A stretch of 64,000 nt of DNA from Azolla caroliniana (GCA_043228905.1 JBHGNT010000009.1:15438001-15502000); one strand, 5' to 3'. Positions 39,401 to 53,426 are shown, counted from the first letter of the stretch. The notes: generated from the letters alone by a model not told the origin. Numbers and translations: made by a program.

Positions 39401-40536
39401 ACATTCTTCAGCAGCATTTTGCATCCGGTCGGGGTTGTCAACCACACGTCTCCTATGCCGGCAATCCGGCACGTACCTTCGTTTCCCATCCGAACACAGC
39501 CATGCTCGCCGGCTGTGTATGATGAGAAGTATCTTCTCTCCGGGGTCAGATGGAACGATGCTCCGGAATCGACCACCCAGGTCGTCTCATCGCCGACAAT
39601 GTTTAGTTCACCTTCTTCGGTGATGAGCATGATCTCCTCTTCACTTGCCGCGAGTGCCGTCGTTCCTTTCCGGTCCTGTCCTCGCCGATCCGAACCATTC
39701 CGGTCCGTGGCTCCCCGGTATGCACCGTTTCTCTCCGGTGACTTCTTCGAATCGGTGTTGTCGGTTCCATTGTCCTTTCGGTAATGCCGACAATTCTTTC
39801 GGAAGTGCCCCGGCTTCCCACAGTGGAAGCATGTGGGCCTTCCTCTTGACTGCGACCGGGTCCCCGACTTCTCCCGTCTTTGCGGACTCCGGTTCCATTG
39901 TCTTCCCCGATTCGATTTGGTAAACAACATCTTCGGGTCGGAGGCCGGTTCCTTATCTCTCCGACGCGCTTCTTCGTTCAAAATACTTGTCTTTACCGTT
40001 TGTAGGGACAAGTTATCTTCGGTGCAGGAGGTGCTGAGAGTTACCACCAAGTTTTCCCAGCTTTCCGGCAATGTACACATCAGAATGATGGCTTGCATTG
40101 CATCCTCCAGCGGGAACTTGATCGCCGCAAGCTGGTTCACGAATCCCATGAACGTGCTTACGTGTTCCACCATACTCTCGCCGTCCCGGTACTTGAGATT
40201 CACAATCTTCCTCATCAGGGAGGTCCGGTTCAGCGCATTCTTCCTCTCGTAGAGGCCCGACAGCTTCTTCCACATCTCATATGCGTTGGTGTCGTTCGCC
40301 ACATGTTGTAGGACGCTTACATCGACATATTGTCGGATCGTCGCTACGGCTTTCTGGTTCAGGAGCTTCCACTCCGACTCAAGTACCCCCTTCGGTATTT
40401 CCGACCTGTCAATCGGTTCGTACAGGTCCCGAACAATCAGAAGATCTTCCATCTTGATCTTCCAGTCGGCGTAGTTCTGCGCATTCAGCACCATCATCCC
40501 CGGCTGCCCGCTGCCGCCGCCTTCCATTTTCTGCAA
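36454..40536 (-). pseudogene. copia gag-pol polyprotein, 1360 codons in one frame with two in-frame stops at conserved Trp codons
   Basis: CFHCGKPGHFRKNC, WVVDSGASFH, LWHKRLCH, DNGGEY, YVDDML, SWQSRLQ; stops KQAPRQ* (37543-37545) and RRYH* (36607-36609). Confidence 0.95.
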
Positions 40537-40556
40537 CAGTCGCTCTGATACCAGTT

Positions 40557-41164
40557 TGTTGGGAATCGACGCTTCGATTCACCTTCACCGCTCGGCCACA
40601 ACCGAGTAATCGCGAATCGATGCAGCAGAAAATAGGAAATACAGAGAAAAACACGATACACAGGGATTAACGTGGAAAACCCTATACGGGAAAAACCACG
40701 GGAGTGCGAGACTCCAAACCAAACTATGCACAGAGAAATATACAATGGCGAGCTGCAAGGCAACGACCTTGAGCTCGCTTCCTTCGCCACAGGCGGCGGT
40801 ATTACACAGAGGCGTCTACCTCTTCCTCTCTCGCGCTCTATCTCTCTCTCTCTCTCTCACGGCTGCTTACACTTCACTCCTCTTGAGTGGAAAAACAGAA
40901 AAATGAGAAGCAACAGTAAAACTGTTTGCCCTAAGTCATATTTATACTTATATGACTTTGGGCCATTTACAACTATAGCCTCACGGGCCCATAGCGAACA
41001 TATTCACGGATATGTCCCTGCATCCGGATCGCTCTCCGGGTACATTCGTCATCCGGTACCGAAACCGGGGTCTTCGTCATCCGGATCCGAAACCGAAACC
41101 GGGCTTGTCGGCATTCATCTCCGATATCCGACCATCCCATCCGAAAGGGACCGAAATCCCAACA
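40557..41164 (-). repeat. 5' LTR of element I
   Basis: Followed on the minus strand by the PBS; matches 35836-36443. Confidence 0.97.
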
Positions 41165-43404
41165 GTAGGTCGGCTGTTTGTATGACCATAGTGCTTGTTG
41201 CACTTCGAGCCCGATTGCTCTTGACGGTGCTAGATTTATCAAGTACACTGTCGTCTACAATGCCTCAGCCCAGAATTCCAGCTTCAGTTCGGCTTGTTGG
41301 AGCATTGCCATCACCCTCTCCTGGATCGTCCTAATGACCCATTCTGCCACTTCATTTTGCATGGGTGTGTAGGGAACGGTCTTTTGGTGTCAGATCCCTT
41401 TTCCAGATAGGTACAGTTTGAAGGCTCTGGAGGTGTACTCACCTCCATTATCGGATCGGAGTGTTTTCACTCTGTATCCCGACCGGTTCACAACTTCAGA
41501 TATCCATCGAGTGAAGACCTCGAGCACTTCATCTTTGGACTTGCTGGGGTATGCCCAAACTTTCCGTGTACAGTCATCTATGAATGTGATGAAGTACCGG
41601 GAGCCTCCTAGTGATTGCTTTGGCATGGGCCCACATATGTATGGGTGCACGAGCTCTAGGGGTTGTCGTATCGTCTCGTAGTGGAGAGAGTGCGGACTTT
41701 GGGTCTGTTTCCCATATCGACAATGCTCGCAGAAGTCCGTCTTTGCTTGGAGTTTCAGAATGTAGCCGACCGACATCAACCAATCAAGTTCGGCTTGAGA
41801 CATGTGGCCAAGTCGGCCATGCCATAAGTTCAGTTCGGTTTTCTCGACTACGTTGACGGCCCCTTCAGGGTTGATCGCCATCAATGGGTATAGATTATTA
41901 TACTTTTACCCACTACCAATTTTGAGGTTTCCTCGGCTGATCACCCATGTCGACTCTACAGTGTAGAGTCGTTCAATACCCATCTTCGGTTAACATGCCA
42001 ATGGAGACCAGACTCCTCTTTAGATTGGGTACGTACCGAACTTAGTGCAGAGTTATTGTGTTGCCATTTGGCAATCTGATGGGAACCTCTCTGGTTCTGA
42101 CTATCTTGCACTCCTACCCGTTTCCCAATCGAACTGTGTTGCTAGCGTTGACTGAATAGTTCGAGAACCATTCAATGTTGGGGGTCACATGAAATGTGAC
42201 GCCAGAGTCTCATAGCCATGTGTGTGCAACTTGTGCACTGTAGAGAACTTCTCCGATCATTGAGTCCTCTAAGGAGAGGATTTCTCCAGATCGGGTGTTG
42301 GCATCGTTGATTTGGTTGCCGACTGGAGAGTGGTCTGAGTCGGAACGTCCCCGATTCCACTCGGATCACCGACTGCTCTCTTTTCTTTTTAATGACTAGC
42401 AATCGGAAACATTGTGGCCAACTTTCCTATAGTGTGTGCAGTACTTGCTTGATCGGCCCGTTTTCGACTTTGACCGTTGTCGGTCTCCCCTTGTTTTCGA
42501 TCGGCTGTAGTGTTGACCGGTTCTGTCGTCTTGTTCTTTCGTTTGATTCTGTTGATCGAACGACTCGGTTCAGTGATGGGCTTCTGCCAACTCATCAATG
42601 GTAAGTCCCATCTATTTTCGCCTGATGTCCTCTATTAGGACTTGGCCGATTGTTTCGTCCAAGTTTAGAATCGGTCGGCTCTTGGCGTATGTTGTGAAGA
42701 ATACCTCCCAACTTGCCGACAAGCTCAATAGGAGGGCAAGGGCTTTCACTTCTTCTTCGAAGTTGATCCCTTGTGACGAGAGCTCAGAGAACACTCGGCT
42801 GAAAGTGTTGATGTGGGAGGTTGCCGATCAGTCTCTCTCATCTTCATGTTGAACAATTGTTTGATCAAAATTAGTTTCGAAGATGAGGACTTCTTTTCAT
42901 AAACGACTTGTAGCTTCTCCCACAGTGAGAACGTTGTCTCTTTCGCCATGTTGAAATAGAAATTTTCGGCTAGATGCATTCGGATGGTGGAGCGTGCGAT
43001 TTCATCCGTTGATCTCCACTCCTCGGCTGTCATTGAAGGAAGTTTTTCGCTGTGCCGAATGGCTTCAACCTGTCTTTCAATTATCAGCACATCCTATATC
43101 ATCTCCTTCCACAAGGGAAAGTTTTTGCTGTCAAATTTTCTGATTTCAACTCCTGTTCCGGATGTTGAAGCCATATTTTGTTTGCGAACTTGAGATTTCT
43201 GACCTGGTCTTGTCTTTCAGCTTCTTCTATTGTCTGTTGCCGCCGAACATCAGAGATTCGCTCTGATACCAGTTGTCGGTATATATGTATGTGTATATAT
43301 ATGTATACGTATGTGGAAAAGTTTGAGGACCTATTTTCTTATGCTCGGAAAACAACACACACAGAAAATACAATGAATCGAGACTTGTTCAGAAGGATGT
43401 TCGA

Positions 43405-45305
43405 TTACCTTTGGAATGAGTTTATCCTCGGGAAGCTTCCGCATCCCCTTTTGGCTCATGTGGCACAACCTCCTGTGCCACAGTTCACCGGCTATTTCGG
43501 CTGCCACATTCACTTCCCCATGGCATAATCAAGCATTGATTATGTAAAGTGTGTTGGTTTTCCGTGCTCGAGCCATGATTAGGCTCCCCTTGCAGAAAGT
43601 CATGATACCATTCCGGATGCTACTCGTGTAGCCTTCATCATCTAGGTGACCGACTGATATTAGGTTCAATCGAACCTCTGGAACATGGTGAACATCTCTC
43701 AGCACGAGTCTGCGGCCAGTTGAGGTCACCAAACACACGTCTCCAATGACGACGATTCGGCATGCTCCTTCATTTCCCATCTTTACATATCTAGGATCAT
43801 CAACCCTGTACGATGAGAAGCATTTCTGGTAAGGGGTTAGGTGAAATGATGCACCCGAATTGATCACCCATGTCGATTCATCGCCGACAAGGTTCACTAC
43901 GTTCTGCTCGCTAATGAGCAGCAACTCCTCCTCACTTGTCGCGATTGCCGAGGTGTTCCTGCTTTCCAAAAAATTTTCAGTTGCACACCATTGGCTCCCC
44001 CTTTTTCCTTTCGGAAATGTCGGCAATTCTTTTGAAAGTGCCCCGGCTTCCCGCAATAGAAGTATGTGGGCCTTCCTCTCGACTTCCACCTTGTCCTAGA
44101 TTTGTCCTAGTTTTTGGGACTCTGATACCGGCCTCTTCCCCGGTTGTGGTCATCTTCCGTAACCAAGGCCTTCGGATCGGTTCTGGACTCCCAGTACTTT
44201 CGGTGAGCTTCTTCATCTAGCAAGCTTGATTCGACTCTTGCTAGGGACAACTGTTTTCCTTCCGGCCCGGCATTGCCCAACGTGACAACTAGCATCTCCC
44301 AACTACCCGGGAGGGAGCAGGAGTAATGCGAGTACCTCATCGGTGAGAGGTACTTCCAACGAGGTTGCCTGGTTTATCAGTCCCTGGAAGGTATTTATGT
44401 GCTCCACCATACCAGAGCCGTCTTGGTACCGGAGCCTCACTAGCTTTCGGAATACCGAAACCCGATTAACAACATTCTTGTTCTGTAACATGATGTCGAT
44501 CTTCTCCCAAAGTTCATGAGCCTTACTTTCTTCATTGAAATTGTTGTTTAGGCTCATGTCGATGAAGCACCGGATGTATGTCGTCGTCTTCATGTGCATC
44601 ACCTCCCACACTGTGGCGTCGATCTTTAACCACTAGCATATCCCTCATCTTCGACTTCCACACTCAGGAGTTGGCGCCGGTGAGCTTGAACATGCTGCCG
44701 AATGATTCTTCCATTTCTTGTGTTGTTCGCTCTGATACCACTTTGTTGAGAATCGTGACCAGCCACAACCGACTGCTTGTTTGGATGTACGGGTGCAGGG
44801 AATGTAAAATAGAATGCACTCAGACAGAGTACGAAAATAGAAATAGCGCAAGAGATAGAAACACACGATTTTAACGTGGAAACCCGAAATGGGAAAAACC
44901 ACGGGGGTCCACAAACCCCAAGAAACCGAATCACTATGCTAAAAAAGGAAGGAGTACAACTAGAAGCTCCGAGGCAACCACCTCGAGATTGAACTTCGTC
45001 AACAGACAACTATGGAGTTACACATGCTCTCACTCTCACTCACTTATTGTTACATAGTTACAGAGGCAACGACCTTCTAAGTAACCATTTTTAACAACAT
45101 CTCATCATCATACTAACATTATGATTGCCCTAAGTACTTATACTAGTACACCTTTTGGGTTATTTACAAGTGTGGCCCATAAGGGCATATTTAGACTATT
45201 TAGTCTTCTGAGTTGGTTGTCTACACAATTTTGGTTTCGGCCTCAGCTGAGTTTCACATCAACTCGGCTCTTCTCCTCCCATCTGGAGGGACCCGTTTCC
45301 TAACA
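43405..45305 (-). mobile_element. Ty1/copia 5' part (LTR 44744-45305, PBS, gag, protease, GAG-pre-integrase); 3' half missing (element E)
   Basis: WVINSGASFHLTP, LNLISVG, ELWHRRLCHMS; TGGTATCAGAGC next to LTR. Confidence 0.9.
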
Positions 45306-45708
45306 AATACTATCACTCTCCACTGAGTCCGGCACATACCTGAGCTAAAGAGGAGTCTAGTCTCCATCTGCATGCTATCTGAAGTGGGGCACTGAACGAC
45401 TCTCAATGAGTCGTCATGGATGATGTACCAAGGAAATTTGAAAATCGGGAGCGGATACAAATACCACAACATATATCCACAGATGACCATCAATCTAGAA
45501 GAAAAATTGAATGTAGTTCAATCGTCAGATTCGAACTTATGCCATGGCCGACTAAGCCATGTGTCCCAAGCCGGACTGGACCAACTGATGGCGATTAGCT
45601 ACATCTGCGAGCATTGTCGTTATGGGAAACAAACCTAAAGTCCACACTCTCTTCATTACGGGGTAGTATGACAACCCCTAGAACTAGTCCACACATATAT
45701 ATGTGGAC

Positions 45709-46059
45709 TGTAAAGAATTAGATGGATTCTGTGCAGCGGAAGAACTGTGTGTGTAGAGAGAGAGAGAGAGAGAGCTCACGATTACAGAAAATCCAAAAAC
45801 TGTATAACAAAGGACGCAAGAATAACCAACAACTACAAAGAGAGGGAGAAGGTGCTTATGTAGTCACCTTCTCTCTAAGTTCTCTCACTAGTATCGCCTC
45901 TTGGGAAAGAGGTCGTATCTTAACTACTAAAAGAATATGTGTCATAGGACATTAACTTCTATGACACACTAGTTATTATACAACGAGGTGGGAAGTTCAC
46001 ACTCTTGAGTATCATAGAGTGTGTTCCCACTCATGGGAAGTTGAGTTTGATTCTCAACA
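45709..46059 (-). mobile_element. Solo LTR (351 bp) in the integrase of element H
   Basis: TG..CA; perfect TSD TGGAC; host reading ICG|PMP restored on removal; orientation tentative. Confidence 0.9.
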
Positions 46060-47549
46060 TGGACCATGCCTGAAAGGTCACTAGGAGGCTCCCAGTACTT
46101 CATCACATTCGTAGATGATTGTACTTGGAAAGTCTGAGTCTATTCGATTAGGTCGAAAGAGAAGGCACACGAGGTCTTCACTCGGTGGCTAGCCGAGGTG
46201 GAAAGCCAATCAAGATATAGAGTGAAGACACTCTGCTCCAACAACAGAGGTGCGTACACCTCCCAAGAATTCAAACAATACCTATCCGGAAAAGGGATCC
46301 TACAAGAAAAGATCGTTCCCTATACCCCCATGCAGAATGACGTGACGAAATGCCAAGAGAGGGTGATGACAATGCTCTAGCAATCTGGACTAAAGCTGGA
46401 ATTTTGGGCTGAAGCATTGAAAATGGTAGTATATTTGATAAATCTATCGCTATCGAGAACAATACAGCTCGAAGCGCCACAAGCACTATGGTCAGGCAAA
46501 CACCCGAACTATAATAGGATCCGTATATTCAGATGCGAAGCCTACACATTCATCCCGCAGGAGAAAAGGACCAAGTTGACGCCCCATGCAGTTAAGTGTA
46601 TATTTCAGAATTGATTACAACTTTGGATATCGTCTATGTGATCCAGAAAACCGGAAATTAATCTAGAGCAACGACGTAGTCTTCAATGAAGACTTCGTAC
46701 TCTCCCACCTTAACCAGCCTACACAACTCTACAAAAAGGTCTCATTTGACCTTGATAGATTGTTCGTAGAAGGGCCGACTAACCGGGCGAAATCGGCGAT
46801 TCAACAAATAGTTGAAATCAACCTAGCTAACAACCCCCCTATCGCCGAATCCTATTGCAGGCGTGAGTCATCCAAAAGGACTCTTGAAGATGGTTCAAGT
46901 AATGACGATTAGACACTAGAACCAATCGAAGAATCCGAACTGACCAAATCGGCACCCAGGAGATCCGAATGAGTTAGCTGGCCAACAAAGTTTTATCAAC
47001 CAGGTGTTGACCACGATGATATCTTCTCACCCTTCAGCTCTACTCGGAGTCGTGCCGATAGAAGACCTAGAGCTTGAGCAACTAGACGTAAAGACAACAT
47101 TCCTACATGGAGACTTGGAAGAAGACATCTATATGTCTCAACCGACAGGTTTCACGGAGACGGGGGAGGAAGGTCACCTCGTGTGCCAGCCGAAAAAAAG
47201 CCTTTACGGCTTAGAACACGCACCAAGAATGTGGTACGAGAAGTTCAACTCCGACCCATGTATGTACATTCAACTACTAGCCAATGAGTCCTAGATCTAC
47301 CTGATCCTATATGTTGACGACATGCTCATCACCGGTAGCGATTGAGCCGAAATTGGAAAGCTAAAGCAAAGCCTTCATGAGAAATTTGCGATGAACGAAC
47401 TTAGACAAGCCCAACACATATTGGGCATGCAGATAGAGTGAAATTGGACAACAAAGACCCAACGACTCTCCCAATCAGACTACATCCGAAAGGTGTTGAG
47501 GCGCTTCAATATGGAGAACGCAAAGCTAGCACCAACACCGCTTCTGATG

Positions 47550-49443
47550 TGTTGAGAAGCAAGCTCAACATGGGTCGGATCGGCTGAACAAGTTGAGAGC
47601 CGGATCAGAGAGCCAGATCCACAAGGAGTTGGCAGACCGTTAGAGGCCTACACTCCTAGTTTAGTAGGTAGTTATAGCATTAGGGGCCTACATTCCTATG
47701 TTAGTAAATAAGAATATTATGGGGCGACTTAGTGTCAGGCTCATTCATGAGCATTAAAGTACTAATAGCACTTATGTCAGCCCACGGTCAGGGCTTGTAT
47801 AAAAGTGCTCTCTAAGCACACTTGTATGTACAGAGCGCATATTATTTTGAATAGAGTTTTATCTTCTGCTCTCTCTATCTCTCTTGTATACTGTGTATCT
47901 CCATTGTTTCTTTGTTTTTTCTCTAATGTTGTCCGACTGAGCCAGTTGTGTTCTACTTCACTTCCGCACATATATCTTTTCATGGTATCAGAGCACAGGG
48001 GTTGAGAATCCTCTGATGCCGACAAGCATTTCAACACAGAGAAACCCTAATCCCCGGACAAGAACCGACAAGAAGAAAATGGATAAAGGAATGGGTGGTG
48101 CTCTTCCGACGGAGAAGTTGGATAGAAGCAACTACGTGTATTGGGAGTACAAGATGTAGTAGTACCTGTTCGGGCATGGTTACTGGAGTTACATCCATGG
48201 AGAAAACAAAGTAGCGCTAGCCTTGCTTCCTATGTGCACGATCAAATGTTGGGCTACATTCGGCATACAAAGAAGCCAAAGGAGGCCTGGGAAATCCGTG
48301 ATGCCTTGGGGTCCATCAATATGACGGTGGATGAGGACGAAATGGTGCAGATTTTCCTTGGTGGTCTAGCTCGAAGGAACGGGTCACTCCAGACGACTAT
48401 TTGTATGAGGGAGAAACCACCGTCGTTTTTCGACCTGGAGTCAATGCTTATGGTTGAAGAAAACCACGCAGGTGTGTCAAGGAGCACACAATCTAATTAT
48501 CGGATGTTGTACATGGAGGCGGATAGGCCTCCTGGTCATGGAGAACGTGGTGGATCGGCACGCAATGGTGGCGGCCGACAAGAGCACAATCCGAGGCATA
48601 ATCGACATGCTGACAGTAGTTCCAAACCCTCAACAAGCAGGGGAAGTGAAGGCCACGACAGAATGCTGGTATTGTGGTTGAAAATGCCATAAAGAGTGCG
48701 AGTGCTAGAAGAAGAAGACCGATTCGAACAAATTTGGATCATGCAAAGTTGAACAAGGAAATCAACAGCGATTGCGCTATGCTTAAGGATCGAACCAAGG
48801 TGGAACGAGCACAACCTTTGTGACAAAGCACAAGGCAAACTCGATGAAGACAAGCACCTCGAAACCAAACCTTTATGGTATATCGATTTCGGAGCGTCAA
48901 ATCACATGATGAGCCACGAAGAGTGGTTTTCACATTTGGAGAAGCCAGAATGATGAGGGGTCGTCGAAACTAGTGATGACTCCACACATCCCATCGAGCA
49001 TGTCGGTGATGTCCCTTGAGCCATGTCAGACAGAAGGGCAGACTAATGAATGTCTTGCACGTCCCAACAATCACCAAGAACTTAGTGTTGATCGGATAGA
49101 TCGTCGACCAAGGGATGTAGGTCTGATTCACCCACCTTGGCTGCTTCATCGAGGAAGAAGGGAAAATTATTGCACAAGCATGATGAGAAGGGAGGATGTT
49201 CATCCTTGACATAAACATGTGCATTGCAATGTTCGTGAAAGGACAAAAAGTCAAATTGTATATCAACTTATGACATAAGCGTATCGTTCATGTCAACTTC
49301 CAGCAGCTTTAAGAGTTGCAAAAGAAACAAGTTTGCTCAACTTGCCAAAATTCAATGGCCAGAAGGACCAAGTTTGTGAAGCCTGCTAGCTAGGGAAGCA
49401 ACACCGACTTCCTTTCCCCAACGAGCGAAACCGAAGTCGAAAT
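47550..49443 (+). mobile_element. Ty1/copia 5' part, same family as element A (LTR 47550-47982, PBS, gag, protease) (element F)
   Basis: TGTTGAGAAGCAAGCTCAACA LTR start; TGGTATCAGAGC at 47983; CWYCG, WYIDFGASNHM. Confidence 0.88.
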
Positions 49444-49697
49444 TGTTAGGAATATATCCCTCCTATGGGAAGAGTCGACAGGTCGGACACAGAGAGCCAA
49501 CAGTTGAAGAGGAGGAGCCAACTGGTCGGAGCGGGAGTCAACAGTCGAAGACAAGGAGTAGCTGATGGGTCAGGCTTAGAACCAACAGTCGATGTCATAG
49601 AGAGTCGACAAGAAGAGTTGACTATAGACAATCCAAGTCGAAGACAAGACCGACTAATCGGCCCAATTAGATAGTCGGCTAGTTGAATCGACTACTA
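49444..49697 (+). mobile_element. Truncated LTR 5' fragment
   Basis: TGTTAGGAATATATCCCTCC resembles copia LTR starts at 28165 and 45305(-); ends abruptly at gypsy RT. Confidence 0.55.
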
Positions 49698-51021
49698 TTG
49701 TGCCAGCAGATTTGTCCCAAAAAATGGCTAAGGGCCTTTGCATTACTAGGGGTTTTAGCTTCGATAATGGCCTTGATTTTGTTGGGATCCACTACGATAC
49801 CGTCCTTGCTCACTATATGCCCGAGAAGGGCTCCGCTTGTGACCTTGAACGCGCACTTGGCTAGGTTGAGGCTAAGGCGCAAAGTACAACATCGTTCCAA
49901 ACATAACCTTAGATGGCTCAAGTGATCCGCTTGTGTCCCATAGACTGCAAAGTCGTCAAGGAAGACTTGCATGAACGCCGGGATGAAGTCGCCAAAAATC
50001 TCCGTAATGGTGCGTTGAAACATGGTTGGGGTGGTCTTTAGTCCGAACATCATTACAACAGCTACAAAGACTCCGCCCCATTCAGTTACGAAAGAGGTTT
50101 TTTCCCGATCCTCCGGGTGCATATGCACTTGGTTATACCCGCTAAACCCATCCAGAAAACTGTACATGTCGTAGCCTGCAACTGTGTCTAGTACGCTATT
50201 TGTAAATGGCAAGGGAAATGTGTCGGTAATTGTGACTACATTTAACTTGCGGTAATTGACACATACCCGTATTTTGCCATTTTTCTTCAGTACGACCACT
50301 ATTGGGCTAAGCCACATTGCTTGTTTGACCGGCCGAATAAACCCATCATTCAAAAGCTTGTCAATTTCCACTTTTACGTGTCCCGCGTAGTTTGGGTTCA
50401 TGCGATAACGTCTTTGTTGAACTGGTTTCGCATCCGTGGGCACATTAATTTTGTGTTGGTAGAATTTTGGGTCTATTCCTTTCATGTCTTCATGCGACCA
50501 TGTAAAGACATCCTTAAACTCCCGTAGCAACTCAGCCATTGCCCTTTTTTAGCTTGGCGTCAGGTCCTTTGCGATTGATACTAGCCTTGGTGCCTCGGTT
50601 GACCCTACATTGATATCCTCCAAAGCCAACGTCGTGTCTCTACATGAGATCTCCATCTCTCTCTCGAATGCCTCCCGTGCTCTACTCAACTCCAACACAG
50701 ATTCAGGGTCTAGTTCGTACTCGTCCTTGTTCGGCGTGCTCATCGGAATGTACTCGCTAGCGGCCTCGAGGACGTCTATTTCAAATAACGGGATTATTTG
50801 CGGATTTTCGTCTAGATACGCTTTGAGTTACCTAGACCTTGTTTCGTCATCGACAGAAGCTAATGTAGTTGTGTTGCCAGATTTGCTTAATATTAGCAGA
50901 CCGCAACCATGGTCTTCCTAACAAGATCGGATACGCCCCTGGAGCGTCCAAAGCCAACACAACTACAAAAATTTCAAAACCATTTCCGCCAATTACAATT
51001 GCTAGCTTCTAGATCAACCCT

Positions 51022-51442
51022 TGTCAGGAACAATACTAAGATAGAGAAATACTATCAGGAACAGTACTAAGACAGAGAAGGAACTAGTACTAAAAGATGA
51101 GGATTAGTACTAAGGGAGGTGTAGAACTCTCGAGAGAAGGAAAGAGAGAGAGAGAGAATGATGATAACAAAGGATATATATTATGTTAAGAGAATATACA
51201 ATAGTAGCTAGGAGGCTTAAGACTGGCGTTGAACCGATTTGGTTCGAAATAATGCCTTGTGCCTCCTTTTATAGTGTTCTCAGGAGTACTCCTTAAGTTT
51301 CTAGAATGTTCAAGAGAAATTTGGAATATACATCAATTTTGTATAGTAAAACTGAAATGAAAATAATATCTTTTGTGTTACAACATAGAGCTCGACCCAT
51401 GTAACATAAGGTCATGGGTTCGAGTCTTGGCATATTATGATA
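51022..51442 (-). mobile_element. Chromovirus-family solo LTR (421 bp) in the G2 protease
   Basis: TSD ACCCT/ACCTT; reverse-complement homolog of the LTR starting at 63328. Confidence 0.88.
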
Positions 51443-53426
51443 ACCTTAATGGTTTGACGGAACAAGTGTCTGCCATTTGGAGCCAAAATGGGCATGCTTC
51501 CCATTCGGTAATACCGAGGTGCTTACATGTGGTTTTACTAATCACATTCACCCCGGAGCCGCCGTCGACAATGCATCCCGTGATTTCCTGCCCTTGTGGC
51601 ACCACCTTGAGGGCTAGGTTATGGTGATCTACTACCACAGGGCCGGTGCTAGATTTTGTATAGTTCACAGAGATCTCTAGTTGATCTGTGCCCCGCATAC
51701 AGTTTTCCATGGTCTGTCAAAATCGAGGGATGAGTTTTAGTAATTTATCCATGGTCAGTGTAATTTCGCACTCCGCCAGTGCTTGCCATATCGGCTCTGG
51801 CGTTAGGGTCGAGCCTTCCCTATGTGTGGCAGTGGGGCCGGACTCTTGCCGCATGCGTTCCAAATTGGCTTCATTCACGTTCTCTACCCAAGCCAGGGCA
51901 ACTTTGCAAATCTCGTCTTGCTCCGCCCAGTCTGTGTTTTTCGCTTTACTGCATGTTGTGACCTGCTAGACGTTTGTTGTGATCGTATTCACAGTTGGCC
52001 CTTTCCCTTTATCACGTCGTGGGCACTGAGTTGTGTAATGACCTGGTTGTTGACAAACAAAACAGTGCATGTTGGACTCATCTTTTTCTACAACCGGGGT
52101 TGCGGTGGTCTCCACAGGTGCTGTTTGTTCTTCCCAGGTTCGCTAAAACTGCATGTTGTTGCGAGGCTTCGGGCGATACTCTCGACGCCTACCCTGGCGA
52201 TGTTCCTCCTCCGAGCTTTCTTCGTTATTACGTTGGTTTCGTGATTGGCGATTACCCTCGTACGTACGGGGGTCCGTGTGTCCACCGCGATTGTTGGTGG
52301 TACGCCCGGTATCGTAGCGGCGCCCTCCCGAGGATTGTAGCGGTCATTACTCGGATTCTCATCTTCTTCCTGCTTCGCCTCGTCGAAATAAGGGTCATCA
52401 TTGCGACGGTGGCGGTACGGCCTTCCTGCATGTTGATTCCACTACGTGTTACGGTGGCGCTCCTCCTGCCCGCCGTGGTCGTTATGGTGGTAGTGTCTTC
52501 GCGGCTCAATACAGCGGACTGACGGTGTTGGCCTATTCAGCATGTTATATATGCACTGGTCCATTGTGTGTGCCTGGGAGTGACAAATGGGGCAATGTAT
52601 CCGCATATTACACTCTACCGTGGAGTGCTCTGAGTTCAAGCAGATCGTGCATTCAATGACCTAGCGAAAACGGTATTCCTCGTCCCTAGGTAGTGCCCGT
52701 CGTAGTGATGCCATAGACAAGCCCTTGTCCTCCTCTTCTAGCTCAAGCTGCAACGCCCGTTCTATGACTGTATCCGCCGTTTGGCCATGAGATTTTACGT
52801 ATTTAATGTTGTTTAGAGGGGTCGACGTAATGCCGCCAAAATGTTTCTTTTGCCTCATCCTCCATCAAACCATGTGTCAACTGTCAATCTAAACTCTAGA
52901 ACCGCAATCTGAAGTCAGCCTTGGATTCTTGCGGTAGTTGTTTGATTGTATAAAATTGCCCGATGATCTCGCGTTGCAGAATGCTTCGATGAAAGAAGCG
53001 TAAAAATGAGGATTGCAGTTGGTCGAAGGATACGAACGCCTTGATGTCGAGCTGGGAGTGCCAACGGGAAACTCGCCCATCCAAGGTTAACCCAAACTCT
53101 GCGATTTTTGATGCGTGGGCTTCCGCTTCCTGAAATCGCTGCGACATATGATTCGCGTTCCAAACATTCAGGAATGACCGAGCGTGTCCCTCGACGTCAG
53201 TATCTCCGTTGAAGCGAGGGTATGAGAAAACCACTACGATCGATAGACTAGCGCCTAAGGGAGTACTGCCGACGCGAGGTGGGGTTGTTTAGGAAGTGGT
53301 AGTTTGACTATACTGGTCCAGTGGAGATAGGACGCAATGACGCTCTGTTTGGTGAGTGTCGATTCTAATGTATACTCTGACAGAGACGGGACGCAATCAC
53401 TAAGACGTGGTTTTCGCGTAGCACGT

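Larger units (their letters stand above)
35836..41164 (-). mobile_element. Full-length, very young Ty1/copia (Tnt1-like) retrotransposon, 5329 bp (element I)
   Basis: 608-bp LTRs with one visible difference; perfect TSD GTAGG; TGGTATCAGAGC PBS; PPT GAAGGGGGAG; inserted in the integrase of element C. Confidence 0.98.
28867..43386 (-). mobile_element. Ty1/copia element C: 3' LTR 28867-29169, RT/RH 33580-35270, INT split at 35835/41165, gag from 43174, PBS, truncated 5' LTR 43274-43386
   Basis: TGTCGGTATATATGTATGTG at 28867 and 43274; TGGTATCAGAG PBS; LWHGRLGH, CEHCRYGK, LRSDNGGEY, YVDDML, TKHIEVQYH. Confidence 0.9.
25692..47549 (+). mobile_element. Host Ty1/copia element H split by nested insertions: LTR 25692-25983, PBS 25986-25997, gag-PR to 28866, resuming 45306-47549 (INT, RT)
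   Basis: LFNMKMRETD..HINTF, LLDSGTTFHVTP; reading resumes at 45306 with NTITLH*VRHIPELKRSL, colinear with the same family in element C; ELEQLDVKTTFLHG, LYVDDML. Confidence 0.75.
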
